A stretch of DNA of 64,000 nucleotides from Anaerohalosphaeraceae bacterium (GTDB lineage: Bacteria > Planctomycetota > Phycisphaerae > Sedimentisphaerales > Anaerohalosphaeraceae), in the NCBI GenBank assembly GCA_050309605.1, contig JBNRMN010000063.1, positions 1-64,000 of the forward strand, in the 5' to 3' direction. Positions within the stretch are counted from its first letter, which is position 1; every line of letters begins with the position of its first letter. Both the position numbers and the translations under genes were made by a program. Shown here one piece after another: positions 1 through 9,737 of this stretch. A model generated the notes under the pieces. The model made no database searches. It saw only the letters and a program-made list of their open reading frames with translations, and was not told the origin of the DNA.

Positions 1-1
1 T

Positions 2-487
2 CTGATTGTGGATGGGGGGGGGGCGATTGAAATTTCGGTGCGGGATAACGGACGCCTGATCATGCAATCCACCTCGGCACCGCTGGCTCCGGCGTGGGAC
101 CCGCACCCCGGCGGTGTGTATGATATTCTGTTGTACAACACCAGCCAACTGCTTTATTTAGACGGCGTAACGGAATATATTCGAGTGGGTCAAAACGCAA
201 CGGCCGTTCTGATGGGTGGAAGCATCAATTACATTAAAACGATGCGATATCCCGTGTCCGATGAAGCAAATGTATTCATTTATGCGCAGGACGGCTGGTC
301 GTGGATCAATGACGACCCTTTGGTTGGCATTCAGGGCAACTGGAAAGACGGCACGCCTTTCAACATTCAGTTCATCAACGATTTTGACTATGGCCCTGTT
401 TGGCAAAATATCCAAATCATCCCCGAACCGGCAACGCTGATGCTGTTTGGCATAGGTGGTGTGCTGATCCGACGATTTTGGAGGTAA
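2..487 (+). CDS. PEP-CTERM sorting domain-containing protein (5' truncated by window edge)
   Basis: C-terminus IIPEPATLMLFGIGGVLIRRFWR = PEP motif + TM helix + basic tail; frame is open from base 2. Confidence 0.9.
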   Translation: MIVDGGGAIEISVRDNGRLIMQSTSAPLAPAWDPHPGGVYDILLYNTSQLLYLDGVTEYIRVGQNATAVLMGGSINYIKTMRYPVSDEANVFIYAQDGWSWINDDPLVGIQGNWKDGTPFNIQFINDFDYGPVWQNIQIIPEPATLMLFGIGGVLIRRFWR

Positions 488-626
488 GCGGGTCAACCGA
501 GACAGTTTTTCTTGTTGATTTTGTTTGGCTTGCAGGTCTGTTTTTGCTGTGGTATAATCGGTTCAGACGTTGCGGGGTGTCCGCGGCGGAGTTTGACAGT
601 TTCAATCCACGATACGGGAGTCGCTT

Positions 627-914
627 ATGTTTGAGACACTGGATAAACTGATGATGGCGGGGATGGGGGCCATGTCGATGACCAAGGAAAAAGCGGAACG
701 GATTTTTGACGAAGCGGTCAAAAAGGGCATGGCCGAGAAAGAACAGAAGCACGGCTTTGTCAAGGAGATGCTCGACAGCGCCGAGAAAGCCCGTCAGGAC
801 CTCGAAAAGCTCGTTTCCGACCAGATTCACAAGACGCTGAGCCAGATGCCGCTGGCGACCAAAGACGACCTGAAGCGTCTTGAAGAAAAAGTTGACCAGC
901 TCCTGTCTCGGTAA
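627..914 (+). CDS. phasin-like small helical protein
   Basis: 95 aa, AGMGAMSMTKEKAE...ATKDDLKRLEEKVDQL; typical partner upstream of AarF/UbiB kinases. Confidence 0.75.
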   Translation: MFETLDKLMMAGMGAMSMTKEKAERIFDEAVKKGMAEKEQKHGFVKEMLDSAEKARQDLEKLVSDQIHKTLSQMPLATKDDLKRLEEKVDQLLSR

Positions 915-920
915 TACGCT

Positions 921-2615
921 ATGACCGGTCTGTTTTCCGGCATACGTCGGACCGTAGCGCACCTGCGGCGCTACCGGCACATAATGGCCGTGCTGATGAA
1001 GTACGGCTTTGAGGAGGTGGCCGGCATACTGGCGCGGCGACTGAAGATCGGGATTGGGTCCAAGGCATTCCCCAGTTCTTCGCGTCAGACGATCGCCCAA
1101 ACCAGTCTGGCTCGTCGGATTCGGTTGGCGATGGAGGAGCTGGGGCCGACGTTTATCAAGCTGGGGCAGTTGCTTTCGACCCGCCCTGACCTTCTGCCGG
1201 CCGATTATATTGAGGAGTTTGAGCATCTTCAGGATCAGGTCTCACCTGAAAAAATCGAACTGATTCGTCAGGAAATCCGCCGTCAACTGGGCGCTGCGCC
1301 GGAGGACCTCTTTGATGAGTTTGATCCGGAACCCATTGCCGCGGCCAGTATCGCTCAGGTCCATCGCGCCCGCACCAAAGAGGGCCAGGACGTGGTGCTC
1401 AAGATTCGTCGTCCCGGCATCGTCAAGACACTGCGGACCGAGTTGGAGATTCTTCAGGACATCGCCGCGCTGATTAAGAAACGCCGCATTACGCCGGAGA
1501 CCTTTGATCCGGTGCGCATGGTGCGGGAGTTCAGCCAGGCCGTGGCCAAAGAGGTCGATCTGGCCAATGAGCGGCGCAATCAGCAGCGATTTATTCGTAA
1601 CTTTGCCGATGATCCGACCGTGCATGTGCCGCAGGTGTTTGAAGCCTATTGTTCCGACGGCATCTTGACGATGGAGTACATCGACGGCATCAAGCCCAGC
1701 GAAATTGAGCGGCTCCAGCAGGCCGGATTGGATCCGAAGGAAATCGCGCGGCGCGGGGCCGACTTTGTGCTCAAACAGGTCTTTGAGCACGGATTTTTCC
1801 ATACCGACCCGCATCCGGGCAATTTTCTGGTGATGGCCGAGAATATGCTGGCGCCGCTGGATTTCGGACAGGTCGGTCGGCTCAGTCGTCAGGACCAGAA
1901 GCTGCTGCAGTATCTGGTCGTGGCGATTGTCGATGGCGATGTGGACAAAATCATCGTGGGGCTGGAGCGGGCCGAGGTGCTGGATGACGATACGGACGTG
2001 ATGGAACTGACGCGGGATATCGAAGATGTGCTCAGCAGTTACGCCCATCTGCCCATTCGAGACATTCCGTTTCGAGAGGCGCTGACGCGCGTCTTTGATA
2101 TCATTCGTCGGCATCGTATTTCGCCGCCGCGCGATTTTACCCTGATGCTCAAGTGTCTGATGACGATTGAGTCGTTCGCCACAGATCTGGACAGCGAGTT
2201 TCAGATTATTGAGCATCTCAAGCCTTATGCACGGCGGTTTACGTATGAAGAAATCAGTCCGCGGCGGATGTTTCGCCAGATGCGCTCGGCCGCCCGCAGT
2301 GCAAGCGATTTGGCGGCGCGATTTCCTGAAGACGCCTCGTCGATCATTACAAAGTTTCGGCGCGGGCGGTTCAAGATTCATATCCACCACGAGCACCTTG
2401 AAGAGCTGGAGCAGACGCTGGACAGCAGCTCCAACCGCATCGCGTTTTCGGTCATTATCGCGGCGCTGCTGATCGGCTCCAGTATGCTCGTTGCGCAGGA
2501 AGGGACGGTGCTTGGCCTGGTCAGTCTGGAGGCGCTGGGCATTTTCGGCTACCTGACCGCCACTGTCATCGGCATCTGGCTGGTCATCTCCATCATCCGA
2601 AGCCGACGGTTATAG
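921..2615 (+). CDS. ubiB: AarF/UbiB (ABC1) family atypical kinase
   Basis: LGPTFIKLGQLLSTRPDL, AAASIAQVHRA, FFHTDPHPGN, LDFG motifs; two C-terminal TM helices. Confidence 0.9.
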   Translation: MTGLFSGIRRTVAHLRRYRHIMAVLMKYGFEEVAGILARRLKIGIGSKAFPSSSRQTIAQTSLARRIRLAMEELGPTFIKLGQLLSTRPDLLPADYIEEFEHLQDQVSPEKIELIRQEIRRQLGAAPEDLFDEFDPEPIAAASIAQVHRARTKEGQDVVLKIRRPGIVKTLRTELEILQDIAALIKKRRITPETFDPVRMVREFSQAVAKEVDLANERRNQQRFIRNFADDPTVHVPQVFEAYCSDGILTMEYIDGIKPSEIERLQQAGLDPKEIARRGADFVLKQVFEHGFFHTDPHPGNFLVMAENMLAPLDFGQVGRLSRQDQKLLQYLVVAIVDGDVDKIIVGLERAEVLDDDTDVMELTRDIEDVLSSYAHLPIRDIPFREALTRVFDIIRRHRISPPRDFTLMLKCLMTIESFATDLDSEFQIIEHLKPYARRFTYEEISPRRMFRQMRSAARSASDLAARFPEDASSIITKFRRGRFKIHIHHEHLEELEQTLDSSSNRIAFSVIIAALLIGSSMLVAQEGTVLGLVSLEALGIFGYLTATVIGIWLVISIIRSRRL

Positions 2616-2690
2616 GGTCAGCCAGTTCATCGAAATTGTCTGTCTCTCGGTTAGTGAAAAAATGTTGGTATAGAGTGTTTAGAAAAAAAA

Positions 2691-3152
2691 ATGGCAAAAA
2701 AAGAAAATATCAAAAAGGCAAGAAAAAGACGTCGGGCTGTTGACGCTTCCATTCCCCGATGCGGTTTGTGCGGCAAGACAGGAAAATTGACAAAGACCGA
2801 ATGCTGCGGGCAATGGATATGCGACGACGAAGACCAATATGTTCTGTTTTCTTATGCGCGGAACAGTTGCTATCGAAGTCATTTTCGCTATACGCTTTGC
2901 GGATATCATTACAATGAAAATCATTCCGGAGATTGGAAAACCTGCGACGTATGCCGAAACGACTTTGAACATGAACTCGAAATGTATGTTTGGTATGGCA
3001 CCAACAAATTCAATTTTGAAAAGCTCAAAAACCCTCCTTCCTATGAACCGACTCATTGTGCGAAGTGCGACAGGATCATTGTTCTTGGCGAAGAATCCTA
3101 TTCGATGAGAGGGGAGGAATATATTTGCGCCGATTGTTACGATTTTGAATAA
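2691..3152 (+). CDS. Cys-rich putative multi-zinc-binding hypothetical protein
   Basis: 153 aa with 13 Cys incl. four CxxC pairs; basic N-terminus; visibly more AT-rich than flanks. Confidence 0.7.
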   Translation: MAKKENIKKARKRRRAVDASIPRCGLCGKTGKLTKTECCGQWICDDEDQYVLFSYARNSCYRSHFRYTLCGYHYNENHSGDWKTCDVCRNDFEHELEMYVWYGTNKFNFEKLKNPPSYEPTHCAKCDRIIVLGEESYSMRGEEYICADCYDFE

Positions 3153-3160
3153 CAGAAACG

Positions 3161-4327
3161 ATGGCATTAAGAGATCCTTTATTGAATTACGATGTGACCC
3201 GAGTACCCAGCCCGTGTTATGTAATTGATTTGGGGCTGTTGCGAAAAAATCTGGACGTACTGGACTTGGTGCAGCGGCGGACAGGGTGTCGGATTCTGCT
3301 GGCGCTGAAGGGGTTTGCGGCGTGGAGTACGTTCGGGCTGTGTCGGGAGGTGCTGGCTGGCGCGGCGGCCAGTAGTCTGCACGAGGCCAAGCTGGCGCGG
3401 GAATATTTCAGCAAAGAGGTGCATTTGTGCGCGCCGGCCTATCGCGACGACGAGATGGAGGACTATCTTCGGATTGTCGATCACATCGTATTCAATTCGT
3501 TTGCGCAGTGGCAGCGATACCGCGACAAGGTACTCTCGGCCGAGCGGCCGATCCGGTGCGGCCTGCGCGTCAACCCGATGCACTCGGAGGTCAAGACGAA
3601 GATTTACGATCCATGTGCGCCGGGGTCGCGGCTGGGCATCGTGCCGGACTGTTTCAAAACAGACCAGCTTGACGGCATCACGGGCCTGCATTTTCATACC
3701 TTGTGTGAGCTGAACGCCGATTCGCTGGCGCGGACGCTGCCGGCGGTGGAACACCACTTCGGCGACGTGATAAAGACGATAGATTGGATCAACTTCGGCG
3801 GCGGCCATCACATCACCCGTCCTGACTATGATGTGGATTTGCTCTGTCGGCTGATCACTGAATTCAATGACCGTTATCCCAATCTCAAGACGATTTATCT
3901 GGAACCGGGCGAGGCGATTGCCCTGAATACGGGCGTGCTGGTCGCGACGGTGCTGGATATTGTGCACAATGCGATGGATATCGCGATTCTGGATACGTCG
4001 GCCTCGGCGCACATGCCGGATGTGCTTGAGATGCCGTATCGTCCGTCGATTGCCGGAGCCGACGAACCGGGCCGCAAGCCGCACACCTATCGGCTGGCCG
4101 GGCCGACCTGTCTGGCTGGTGATGTCATCGGCGATTATTCATTCGACCGACCGCTGACGGTCGGCGATAAACTCATCTTCGGCGATATGGCGCACTATAC
4201 CATGGTCAAGAACACCATGTTTAACGGCATCAACCTGCCTGACATCGTCCTGTACGACCCCGACGCCGATGACTACCGCATCCAGCGGCATTTTACCTAT
4301 GAGGATTTCAAAGGCCGCCTGTCCTGA
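3161..4327 (+). CDS. nspC: carboxynorspermidine decarboxylase
   Basis: LALKGF, YDPCAPGSRLG, GLHFHTLCE, NFGGGHHITR, HMPDVLEMPY, GPTCLAGD, HYTMVKNTMFNG motifs. Confidence 0.93.
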   Translation: MALRDPLLNYDVTRVPSPCYVIDLGLLRKNLDVLDLVQRRTGCRILLALKGFAAWSTFGLCREVLAGAAASSLHEAKLAREYFSKEVHLCAPAYRDDEMEDYLRIVDHIVFNSFAQWQRYRDKVLSAERPIRCGLRVNPMHSEVKTKIYDPCAPGSRLGIVPDCFKTDQLDGITGLHFHTLCELNADSLARTLPAVEHHFGDVIKTIDWINFGGGHHITRPDYDVDLLCRLITEFNDRYPNLKTIYLEPGEAIALNTGVLVATVLDIVHNAMDIAILDTSASAHMPDVLEMPYRPSIAGADEPGRKPHTYRLAGPTCLAGDVIGDYSFDRPLTVGDKLIFGDMAHYTMVKNTMFNGINLPDIVLYDPDADDYRIQRHFTYEDFKGRLS

Positions 4328-4457
4328 CGATGGATGTGTGCGGATCAGAAAACGGGGATTAACCGGTCGAGTTCTTTTAATGAACATCGCACCGAAATGC
4401 CGATAAACGGGGTAATTGACGACTTTTTCGAGCAGAAAGACGCTGGGTGTCATTGAC

Positions 4458-5234
4458 GTGGATGTTTTTGAATCTTTTGAAGAAACGCTTCGCCGGACGG
4501 CGCCGGTGTTGCTGGCCGGGCCGGGAATCCTTTTGATTGTGTCGGGGCTGTTTTTGTGGCCGGGCGGACTGCGTTTTCTCAAGCCGCTGGCGGCGTTTTT
4601 TGCCTCAACGGCCGGGCTGATCTGCGCATGGCTGTTGACCGACCGGTCGCTGACGGCGATGCTGATGCTTGGGCTGATTCCCGCGGTCGTCGCGCTGGTG
4701 CTGGATAAGCCCGTGGTCGTATTGCTGGGGGCGTGTTTGACCGCAGCGACGGTGCTGTCGATGCCGCTGCTGACCGATTCGGCCTTTCGCCAGGCCGTTG
4801 CCGAACGCAGCCCGGAGTTTCCCGCCGCCGATGAGGTGTCCGTCCTCGAACCGTCCGACTATACCCAGCGTGTCTCGGCCTGGGCGTCCGGCTGGTGCAC
4901 GGCGCTTTGGACGGAATGGTCGGATTTGCGCAAACTGGCCGCTGCCGCCGCGGCGGTGGGCGTGCTGGTTCTGGGGGTCGCGGCCTGGCGATGGATTTGT
5001 GCGCTGACGTGTGCGGCTCTCGGAACGGGGATGATACTGTTCGGGATAACCCTGCTGGTTTTATCCAAGGGACCGCAGACGATCCCTTATATTCAGGAAA
5101 AACTGCCGTTTCTTTGGCCGATGGCGGGGGTTATGGTGGCCGGCGGAACCCTGCTGAACCGCTGGTTGTGTCCGGTTGTACCCAAACCCAAGAAACAGAC
5201 GGAACATCACTCTGCTCAGGGAGGCAAAAAATGA
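4458..5234 (+). CDS. multi-pass membrane protein (DUF4203/TM7S3-like, tentative)
   Basis: several hydrophobic segments, G-L-R-F-L-K-P loop like the next gene's G-W-R-I-F-R; GTG start at 4458 chosen, uncertain. Confidence 0.6.
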   Translation: MDVFESFEETLRRTAPVLLAGPGILLIVSGLFLWPGGLRFLKPLAAFFASTAGLICAWLLTDRSLTAMLMLGLIPAVVALVLDKPVVVLLGACLTAATVLSMPLLTDSAFRQAVAERSPEFPAADEVSVLEPSDYTQRVSAWASGWCTALWTEWSDLRKLAAAAAAVGVLVLGVAAWRWICALTCAALGTGMILFGITLLVLSKGPQTIPYIQEKLPFLWPMAGVMVAGGTLLNRWLCPVVPKPKKQTEHHSAQGGKK

Positions 5235-5917
5235 TGAATCTGATGATACTGGCCCAGGTCGAATCCTCACAGAACAGCCAAAACCTCAACGCCGAGGCGC
5301 TGAACTTTATCTGGCAGCAGATCACCGACCTCAGTTGGCTGCACGCGGTGATGGCGATTTCCGTGGGCGTGGTCTATATGCTGTACGGCTGGCGCATTTT
5401 TCGCGTGCTGGTGGTCATTTGCTTCGGGCTGGCGGGGATGTTTCTGGGTATTTATGCGGGAACCAATTTCGGCTCGGAGATTTGGGGGGGCATGACGGGG
5501 CTGACCCTGTTTGCGATCATCGCCGTGCCGCTGATGAAATGGTGCGTTTCGATTCTCGGCGCGGTCGCCGGCGGGGCGATGACCGGCGGATTGTGGTATG
5601 CCTTCGGGTTGCCGCTGGATTACATCTGGGCCGGGGCGATCATCGGCGTGGTGGCGGGGGGACTGATTTCATTTATTCTGCTCAAGGCCTCGGTGATGCT
5701 GTTTACCGGCCTGGGCGGCAGTGTGATTATGATGATCGGGGTTTTGTCGCTGCTGTACCAATATGAAACGCAGATTCTCAACCCCCCTACACAGTACATC
5801 TATGAGTATGTGCATTATCGGCAATGGTTCCTGCCGGTGGCGATTATTATTCCAACGATTATCGGAATGATTGTTCAGAATCGCTTTATTAAAAAATCCC
5901 ACGAGTGGGAGATATGA
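5231..5917 (+). CDS. DUF4203-like multi-pass membrane protein
   Basis: ATG overlaps upstream TGA (ATGA), SD GGAGG; ~7 TM, YGWRIFRVLVVICFG. Confidence 0.7.
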   Translation: MMNLMILAQVESSQNSQNLNAEALNFIWQQITDLSWLHAVMAISVGVVYMLYGWRIFRVLVVICFGLAGMFLGIYAGTNFGSEIWGGMTGLTLFAIIAVPLMKWCVSILGAVAGGAMTGGLWYAFGLPLDYIWAGAIIGVVAGGLISFILLKASVMLFTGLGGSVIMMIGVLSLLYQYETQILNPPTQYIYEYVHYRQWFLPVAIIIPTIIGMIVQNRFIKKSHEWEI

Positions 5918-5921
5918 TGTG

Positions 5922-6031
5922 ACAGCCGGGCGGCGCGAGCCGCCGGATAATGCCGCGACTTGAATACCGCACCGCCACTTTCGCATTTGCATCGGGGGCA
6001 GCCTGCCCTGCCGCGCAGGGGTCCGCGCTGT
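5922..6031 (-). repeat. degenerate family-A REP doublet (REPIN) between convergent genes
   Basis: ACAGCCGGGCGGCGCGAGCCGCCGGATAATGCCGCGACTTG is the reverse complement of the right arm of the units at 30.3-32.7 kb. Confidence 0.75.
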
Positions 6032-6040
6032 CCAATCGCA

Positions 6041-7861
6041 CTAAGGAAACAGCAGGCATTCGCTGAAGGCGTCCTGAAAACGTGCCTGGTGGGCGATTTC
6101 GATGTAGCGCATTCGTTGCGCCAGTTGCGAGGCCAACTCGCGTGCGTTGCGGCTCAGCAGGATCATCTGCGCTCCCGCTCCGGCGGCGTTGCCGACGAAG
6201 CGAATCCGCTCAATACCCGGCCCCGGCAGCAGACCCACCCTGACCGCACTTTCGCGGCGGATGTAATTGCCGAACGCCCCGGCCAGCAGAATGCGTTCAA
6301 GCTTATCCTCTTGCACCTCGGCGGCCTGACAGAGCAGTCGAATGCCCGCCCGGATGGCGGCCTTGGCAAGCTGGAACTGGCGAATATCTTTCTGCGTCAG
6401 GACGACCGGACGCGGCGCATCCGGCTCGGACAGGCAAAAGGCCGGTTGTTGATCAGCCGCCATCAGGCGGCGTTTGATCGTTTTCGGCAGCGTCGGCACG
6501 ATTGTTTCGGCCTCGACGAAGCGCCCCGTTTGGTCCACGATTCCCAACTCCAGCAGTACCGCCACGGCGTCGATCAGCCCGCTTCCGCAGATCGATTGCG
6601 CCGCCCGGTCGCCGATGACATCAATATCAATATCGCTGTCGTCGTTGAGCAGGACGCGCTGGATCGCACCGTCTTGAGCGGACGAACCAAACGTGATCCC
6701 TGCGCCTTCCAGTGCCGGCCCGGCGGCGCAGCTGGCTGACCAGAGGTCCTGGCCGACCCGCAGCACCAGTTCTCCGTTGGTGCCGATGTCCACCAGCAGC
6801 GTCGGGCCGTCGGGAAGATCCAGCCCGCAGGCCAGCGCCGCCGCGACCGTATCCGAACCGACAAACCCGGCGATATTTTCAATGGTATAGACCCGCCCGT
6901 CAGGGGCGATAGGCAGATTCAGCGCCTCGGCGGTTCTGGAACAGGCCGTCAGCGAATACGCTCGATAAGGCGACTGTCCCAATGAGGCGACGGGGTAATT
7001 CAGCAGCAGATGGTTCATTGTCGTATTGCCTGCGGCGACGATTTCATAAATCTCAGTCCGCGACACCCCCGCCGCGGCCGTTGCCTGCGCGATCAATTGG
7101 CGCAGACAATCCAGAATGCACTGCTGCAGTTGGCTCGCCCCGTCCGGCTGGTCGGCGTACTGGATGCGGCTGATGACATCGGCGCCGTAACGCGCCTGCG
7201 GATTGGCTGCGGCGACGGCAGCGACTACCTGGCCGGTATTCAAATCAACCAGGTTGACAACCACGGTGGTGGTGCCGATGTCCACGGCCGCGCCGAATAT
7301 TCGGTCGGTCGTGTCGCCGGCTTCCATCGCGATTGCCTGAAAGCACGATTTGGAGCTGCCTTGCGTATGTTCAGTTGACAAAACGGACAACAGCACGGCG
7401 GTCAAGCCGCCATCCCCAACGTTGCGATGCTGCAAGTCCTGGGCGGCCTCTTCCAGACGCTGCTCATCGCTGCCTTCCAGATGCAGGCAGAGATCGGCTT
7501 GGTGCGAGACCGTTTCACAAAAGACGTCGATGCCTTGCCACGGCCCGGGTACAAATACCTTTTTTACGGGTGGATCAAGCGGGACATCTCGACCGATGCC
7601 GTGCTGAAGAATTTGCTGCGTCAAAAACCGGCTTGCCGGCGGCACAAAGACCTCGAGATCGTGGTTGACCCGGGTTTGGCAGGCCAGCACCTCCTTGCCG
7701 TTGGGCATAAGCTGCACTTTGCATTTGCCGCAGCGACCGACCCCGCCGCAGGGACTGTTCAGAATGATCCCCGCCTGTCCGGCGGCCTCCAGCAGGGTTG
7801 CCCCGGCGTGAATGTTAATCACTCGATTATCCGGTGTAAAATGAACCGTGTAATGGGACAT
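6041..7861 (-). CDS. ASKHA-domain [2Fe-2S] corrinoid reductive activator (RACo/DUF4445 family)
   Basis: N-terminal CGGVGRCGKC...LAC ferredoxin; AVDIGTTT, GADVISRI, DIGTNGE, CAAGPALEG, ICGSG, LAGAFG, VGNAA. Confidence 0.92.
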   Translation of the reverse strand: MSHYTVHFTPDNRVINIHAGATLLEAAGQAGIILNSPCGGVGRCGKCKVQLMPNGKEVLACQTRVNHDLEVFVPPASRFLTQQILQHGIGRDVPLDPPVKKVFVPGPWQGIDVFCETVSHQADLCLHLEGSDEQRLEEAAQDLQHRNVGDGGLTAVLLSVLSTEHTQGSSKSCFQAIAMEAGDTTDRIFGAAVDIGTTTVVVNLVDLNTGQVVAAVAAANPQARYGADVISRIQYADQPDGASQLQQCILDCLRQLIAQATAAAGVSRTEIYEIVAAGNTTMNHLLLNYPVASLGQSPYRAYSLTACSRTAEALNLPIAPDGRVYTIENIAGFVGSDTVAAALACGLDLPDGPTLLVDIGTNGELVLRVGQDLWSASCAAGPALEGAGITFGSSAQDGAIQRVLLNDDSDIDIDVIGDRAAQSICGSGLIDAVAVLLELGIVDQTGRFVEAETIVPTLPKTIKRRLMAADQQPAFCLSEPDAPRPVVLTQKDIRQFQLAKAAIRAGIRLLCQAAEVQEDKLERILLAGAFGNYIRRESAVRVGLLPGPGIERIRFVGNAAGAGAQMILLSRNARELASQLAQRMRYIEIAHQARFQDAFSECLLFP

Positions 7862-7878
7862 TCAATGACTCTCAAGGT

Positions 7879-7927
7879 AAAAAAGAAAATGCAAAATAAA
7901 GCCATTGCATAGCCTTATTCTGCATTT
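7879..7927 (-). terminator. rho-independent terminator downstream of the small basic ORF
   Basis: minus strand AAATGCAGAATAAGGC-loop-GCTTTATTTTGCATTT (16 bp with G-U pairs) followed by TCTTTTTT. Confidence 0.7.
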
Positions 7928-7993
7928 GTATTTGCCATCTCGGCGTCCCAGACGTGTAAAAACGTCTTTATCCATCCCCTCAAACGCCGATGA

Positions 7994-8074
7994 TTACGTT
8001 ATTTTATGACGGACTTTCCAGCGAGCGCGTCGTTTCTTGCTGCCGATCTTCCGTCTGCGTCTTGGTTTGGCCAT
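7994..8074 (-). CDS. 26-aa highly basic small protein MAKPRRRRKIGSKKRRARWKVRHKIT (candidate bS22-like ribosomal protein)
   Basis: hand-translated; SD AGGAGA 5 nt before ATG; TAA at 7994-7996; 14 K/R, no acidic residues; terminator downstream. Confidence 0.7.
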   Translation of the reverse strand: MAKPRRRRKIGSKKRRARWKVRHKIT

Positions 8075-8197
8075 TCACATCTCCTGAAATTGGTCTCGAA
8101 ATTCGTTTACTTTGCACCGGTTGAACGGTTATTATAGTAATGGTTTGCGTAATTGCAAGTCGGGGGTGATTTTTTTATTTAAGCAGGAGACAAAACA

Positions 8198-8521
8198 ATG
8201 ATCCAGTGTGTTGATTGCGAATTTTATTCCATGTCGCCGGACGGACGGCGGACATTTCGTTGCGATCCATTTGTGAACATCAAAGAGCCTGAATGTCTTC
8301 AGAAATGGCAGTTACTTCGCCTTGATCTGCTTGTGTCGGGTTTTCAGACGATGTCGATGTTTCAGCAAAAAATGGCTCCGATGCAGGAAAAACTGTTCAA
8401 ATATGTTAAACGCGAATTAGACGACATAGAAGAGGCAGATAGCTGGAAACTGGACGACAGCGATGACGATGACGCGGATGATCCGGATCATCCCGGCTTT
8501 GACACCGGCGGCATGTTTTGA
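8198..8521 (+). CDS. hypothetical protein with CxxC...C...C N-terminus and acidic tail
   Basis: SD AGGAGA; MIQCVDCEF...RCDPF...PECL. Confidence 0.75.
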   Translation: MIQCVDCEFYSMSPDGRRTFRCDPFVNIKEPECLQKWQLLRLDLLVSGFQTMSMFQQKMAPMQEKLFKYVKRELDDIEEADSWKLDDSDDDDADDPDHPGFDTGGMF

Positions 8522-8610
8522 ACAGCCGCGTTTTTACGCTAACGGACAGAGACTAAAATGCAATATCGCATTGCTTCAGAGCGTCTGTCTTAATGAATAC
8601 AGCATGAGAA

Positions 8611-9156
8611 ATGGCCGAACAGCAGCTATCAGCAACTTTTCTTAAGCGTTTGATCAAGCGTGAGAACGGTGCGTTTGACGAGCTGGTGCAGCGCTACGCG
8701 GGTCGGTGTTACGGCTATTTTTATCGGCTCTGCGGAAACGCCGAGCAAAGTGAAGAATTTGTCAGCGAGTTATTCGTCAAACTGGTTGAAAAGATAGACA
8801 CCTTTGAAGGCGGTTCGTTTGATAAGTGGCTTTTCACAGTGGCGTCGAATCTGTTTCGGGACCATTTACGTCGCCAATACAGGTATAAACGTCTGCTGGA
8901 CGAGGCCGCCGACCACGAGCGTCGCCGACAGGACGATTCCGCCGAGCAGTCCCGCCAAGAGGCGGCCAATGATCGACTTCAGTGGGCGCTCGAAAAACTC
9001 GATAAAGAAACGGCGGAACTGCTGATGCTTCGGTATTACAGCCAAGTCAGTTTTAAGGATTTGGCCGAGATGCGAAACGAACCGATCGGCACCACACTAT
9101 CAAAGGTGCATCGCGGATTAAAAAAAATACGATTTTTGCTGGAAGATAACCGATGA
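8611..9156 (+). CDS. ECF RNA polymerase sigma factor
   Basis: region 2 (AFDELVQRY...FDKWLFTVASNLFRDHLRR) and region 4 (LRYYSQVSFKDLAEMRNEPIGTTLSKVHRG). Confidence 0.93.
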   Translation: MAEQQLSATFLKRLIKRENGAFDELVQRYAGRCYGYFYRLCGNAEQSEEFVSELFVKLVEKIDTFEGGSFDKWLFTVASNLFRDHLRRQYRYKRLLDEAADHERRRQDDSAEQSRQEAANDRLQWALEKLDKETAELLMLRYYSQVSFKDLAEMRNEPIGTTLSKVHRGLKKIRFLLEDNR

Positions 9157-9737
9157 AAATGAATGATATCCATAATCTGGAAGACCTGCTGCGTCGGTTT
9201 GTTGATGAGTCTGTCGCCGAGACGATGGCCGAAGACATCCGTCGGGGTGATGCGTTGCTCGACGGTTTCCCTTCGCCTGAACTCAGCGCACGGGCCGCGG
9301 CCGCACTTCGCCGTCGGCTGGATACGCTGCGTCCCCAGCCCCGCCGAACGTTAGGGTCGATCTGGGCGGGGATCGTGGCGGGCGCTGCCGCGGCGGCGAT
9401 GGTCGTGTGGGGCATCAGCCTTATGCACACTCCCTCAGTGCCGACCGACCGTGCACCGGTGGCGCAGGTGCAGACGCCTGCGGTACAAAAGCCGGAGCCT
9501 GTCGTGCAGGATCGCAGCGAACTGCCGGGCTTTACACTGAATCTCTGGGAGGATACCTATCCGGCCGAGAGTGATGCGGCCTTTTCGGAAATCAAATCGG
9601 AACTGGATAATATCGCCGCCTGGATTGAAACGCTTGGCATTATGGACACCCCTTTTCCCGATGAGCGGTTGTTCAACGGTGAAACCGCCAGCCAGGGTGA
9701 AACTAAAATTGAGTTGACGGAATTCTGGAAGGGATGA
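9153..9737 (+). CDS. putative single-pass anti-sigma factor
   Basis: overlaps sigma gene by ATGA; one TM (IWAGIVAGAAAAAMVVWGISL) after ~70 aa. Confidence 0.6.
   Translation: MKMNDIHNLEDLLRRFVDESVAETMAEDIRRGDALLDGFPSPELSARAAAALRRRLDTLRPQPRRTLGSIWAGIVAGAAAAAMVVWGISLMHTPSVPTDRAPVAQVQTPAVQKPEPVVQDRSELPGFTLNLWEDTYPAESDAAFSEIKSELDNIAAWIETLGIMDTPFPDERLFNGETASQGETKIELTEFWKG

Noticed and set aside
7862..8197. Cobalamin riboswitch before the RACo gene
   Set aside because: No B12-box motifs seen; the space is explained by the small ORF and terminator.
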